This document shows, one piece after another, positions 13,515 to 14,368 of a stretch of 14,368 bases of DNA (within the stretch, counting starts at the first letter, position 1; every line of letters starts with the position of its first letter). The DNA is from a virus. Taxonomy: Duplodnaviria; Heunggongvirae; Uroviricota; Caudoviricetes. A program made the position numbers and the translations under genes. The stretch lies in IMG/VR virus record IMGVR_UViG_3300023174_009216; one strand, given 5' to 3'. Under the pieces are notes generated by a model. It did no database searches, had not been told where the DNA came from, and worked only from the letters and a program-made list of their open reading frames with translations.

Positions 13515-14331
13515 TCTCTATCGAGGGACTTCCCTCTTTATATCCAGCTCCCTCAGCTATAAATTTAATAGGCATTCCCACTGTTATTTCAGAAAGATAT
13601 TTTACAATAGACAAAGATCTTTTATCCGTCAATTCCTGTATTGTTATTTTCTGTTCGGTTATAATGGGCTTATTCTGCGGAAATAAAATAGACGAACAAT
13701 TAGGATTTGGATATTTCATTTCAGATATAAATTGAAGATCCTGGTCTTCTTTAATGTTTTCGTCTAAATGAATTCTTCTAGAACTTGTCCATGGCTTAGA
13801 AGCTCTTATTTTCATTTCAAAAGATTCATTAGCTAATATTTGTTGTACAAGAATTCCCTTTAGTGATGTTTTATATTTTTCTATAACATGATAATCATTA
13901 GGGTTAAAATAGAAAGGCAATTCTATCTTTGTATCTATAGACTTAGAATCAAAATGGCATTCCACTAATTCTATCCTTTGCTTATATAGAGATGGCGGAA
14001 GAACCTTTAAATGCGATTCATTAATTTTTTCAATAGATCCCATTCCTCTTATTTCAATATCAGATAGGAAATCAAATGCCTCCCTAAATGCTTTAACGGA
14101 TTTTAGTGAATTTTTAAAGCACTTCTTAACATCGGACGATGTAAAGTCATACGATAAAAGATACAAATGATTATTTCTCGACTTGCATTCCTTTATTATC
14201 TTACTTAAAGATTTTATATCATCTTCTGAATATTTACTATGATCATTATTTAAATAGAATCTATCTATAGAATTTTTTGAATTTTTTGAATTCACATTCT
14301 CTGTTACAATATCCATTTCTATATAAAGCAT
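13492..14331 (-). CDS. Hypothetical protein (279 aa; alternative start ATG 14316)
   Basis: Long ORF with no competing frame; 23-bp tail-to-tail overlap with 12744..13514; no motif recognised. Confidence 0.75.
   Translation of the reverse strand: MLYIEMDIVTENVNSKNSKNSIDRFYLNNDHSKYSEDDIKSLSKIIKECKSRNNHLYLLSYDFTSSDVKKCFKNSLKSVKAFREAFDFLSDIEIRGMGSIEKINESHLKVLPPSLYKQRIELVECHFDSKSIDTKIELPFYFNPNDYHVIEKYKTSLKGILVQQILANESFEMKIRASKPWTSSRRIHLDENIKEDQDLQFISEMKYPNPNCSSILFPQNKPIITEQKITIQELTDKRSLSIVKYLSEITVGMPIKFIAEGAGYKEGSPSIEIILSPYF
14270..14292. repeat. 9-bp tandem repeat encoding NSK-NSK-NS
   Basis: GAATTTTTT GAATTTTTT GAATT. Confidence 0.7.
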
Positions 14332-14368
14332 CTTTCTAGGTGCCTTAAATATATTATCTCCTACCTTT

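Noticed and set aside
1-14368. Stop-codon recoding, CRISPR array, tRNA/rRNA, IS elements
   Set aside because: TAG, TGA and TAA all end genes cleanly with high coding density; no spaced repeats, cloverleafs or transposase motifs seen by eye (tRNAscan/Infernal not run)

Overview
AT-rich, densely packed window (about 24 genes, both strands, standard code, Shine-Dalgarno motifs largely absent). It reads as part of a large tailed phage with T4-like regulatory logic, probably infecting Bacteroidota. No capsid, terminase or polymerase gene is present, so this assignment is inferred. It rests on a PG-binding+GH19 endolysin, a T4-gpT-like TM+GAF holin candidate, a GIY-YIG/NUMOD1 homing endonuclease, a BT0820-like HAD, a protein with SprB/PKD-like domains and a T9SS-type tail, and a Bacteroidota -7 promoter element. 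Highlights: (1) A candidate phage-encoded Clp system. ClpP has an intact triad. The ClpC-type ATPase keeps the IGF ClpP-docking loop but lacks the N-domain and both D1 pore loops and has gained a ~110-aa tail. The adjacent gene ends in a UVR-like hairpin (adaptor candidate). (2) Several proteins start with motifs resembling the T4 capsid-targeting sequence, suggesting virion-packaged cargo. (3) An (A/G)ATATATA motif was found only just upstream of gene starts (candidate late promoter). (4) A phage-borne candidate T9SS cargo adhesin. Two small genes missing from the ORF track (4098..4262, 7467..7592) were found and several starts were corrected. All domain calls are by-eye motif recognition; no database search was run.
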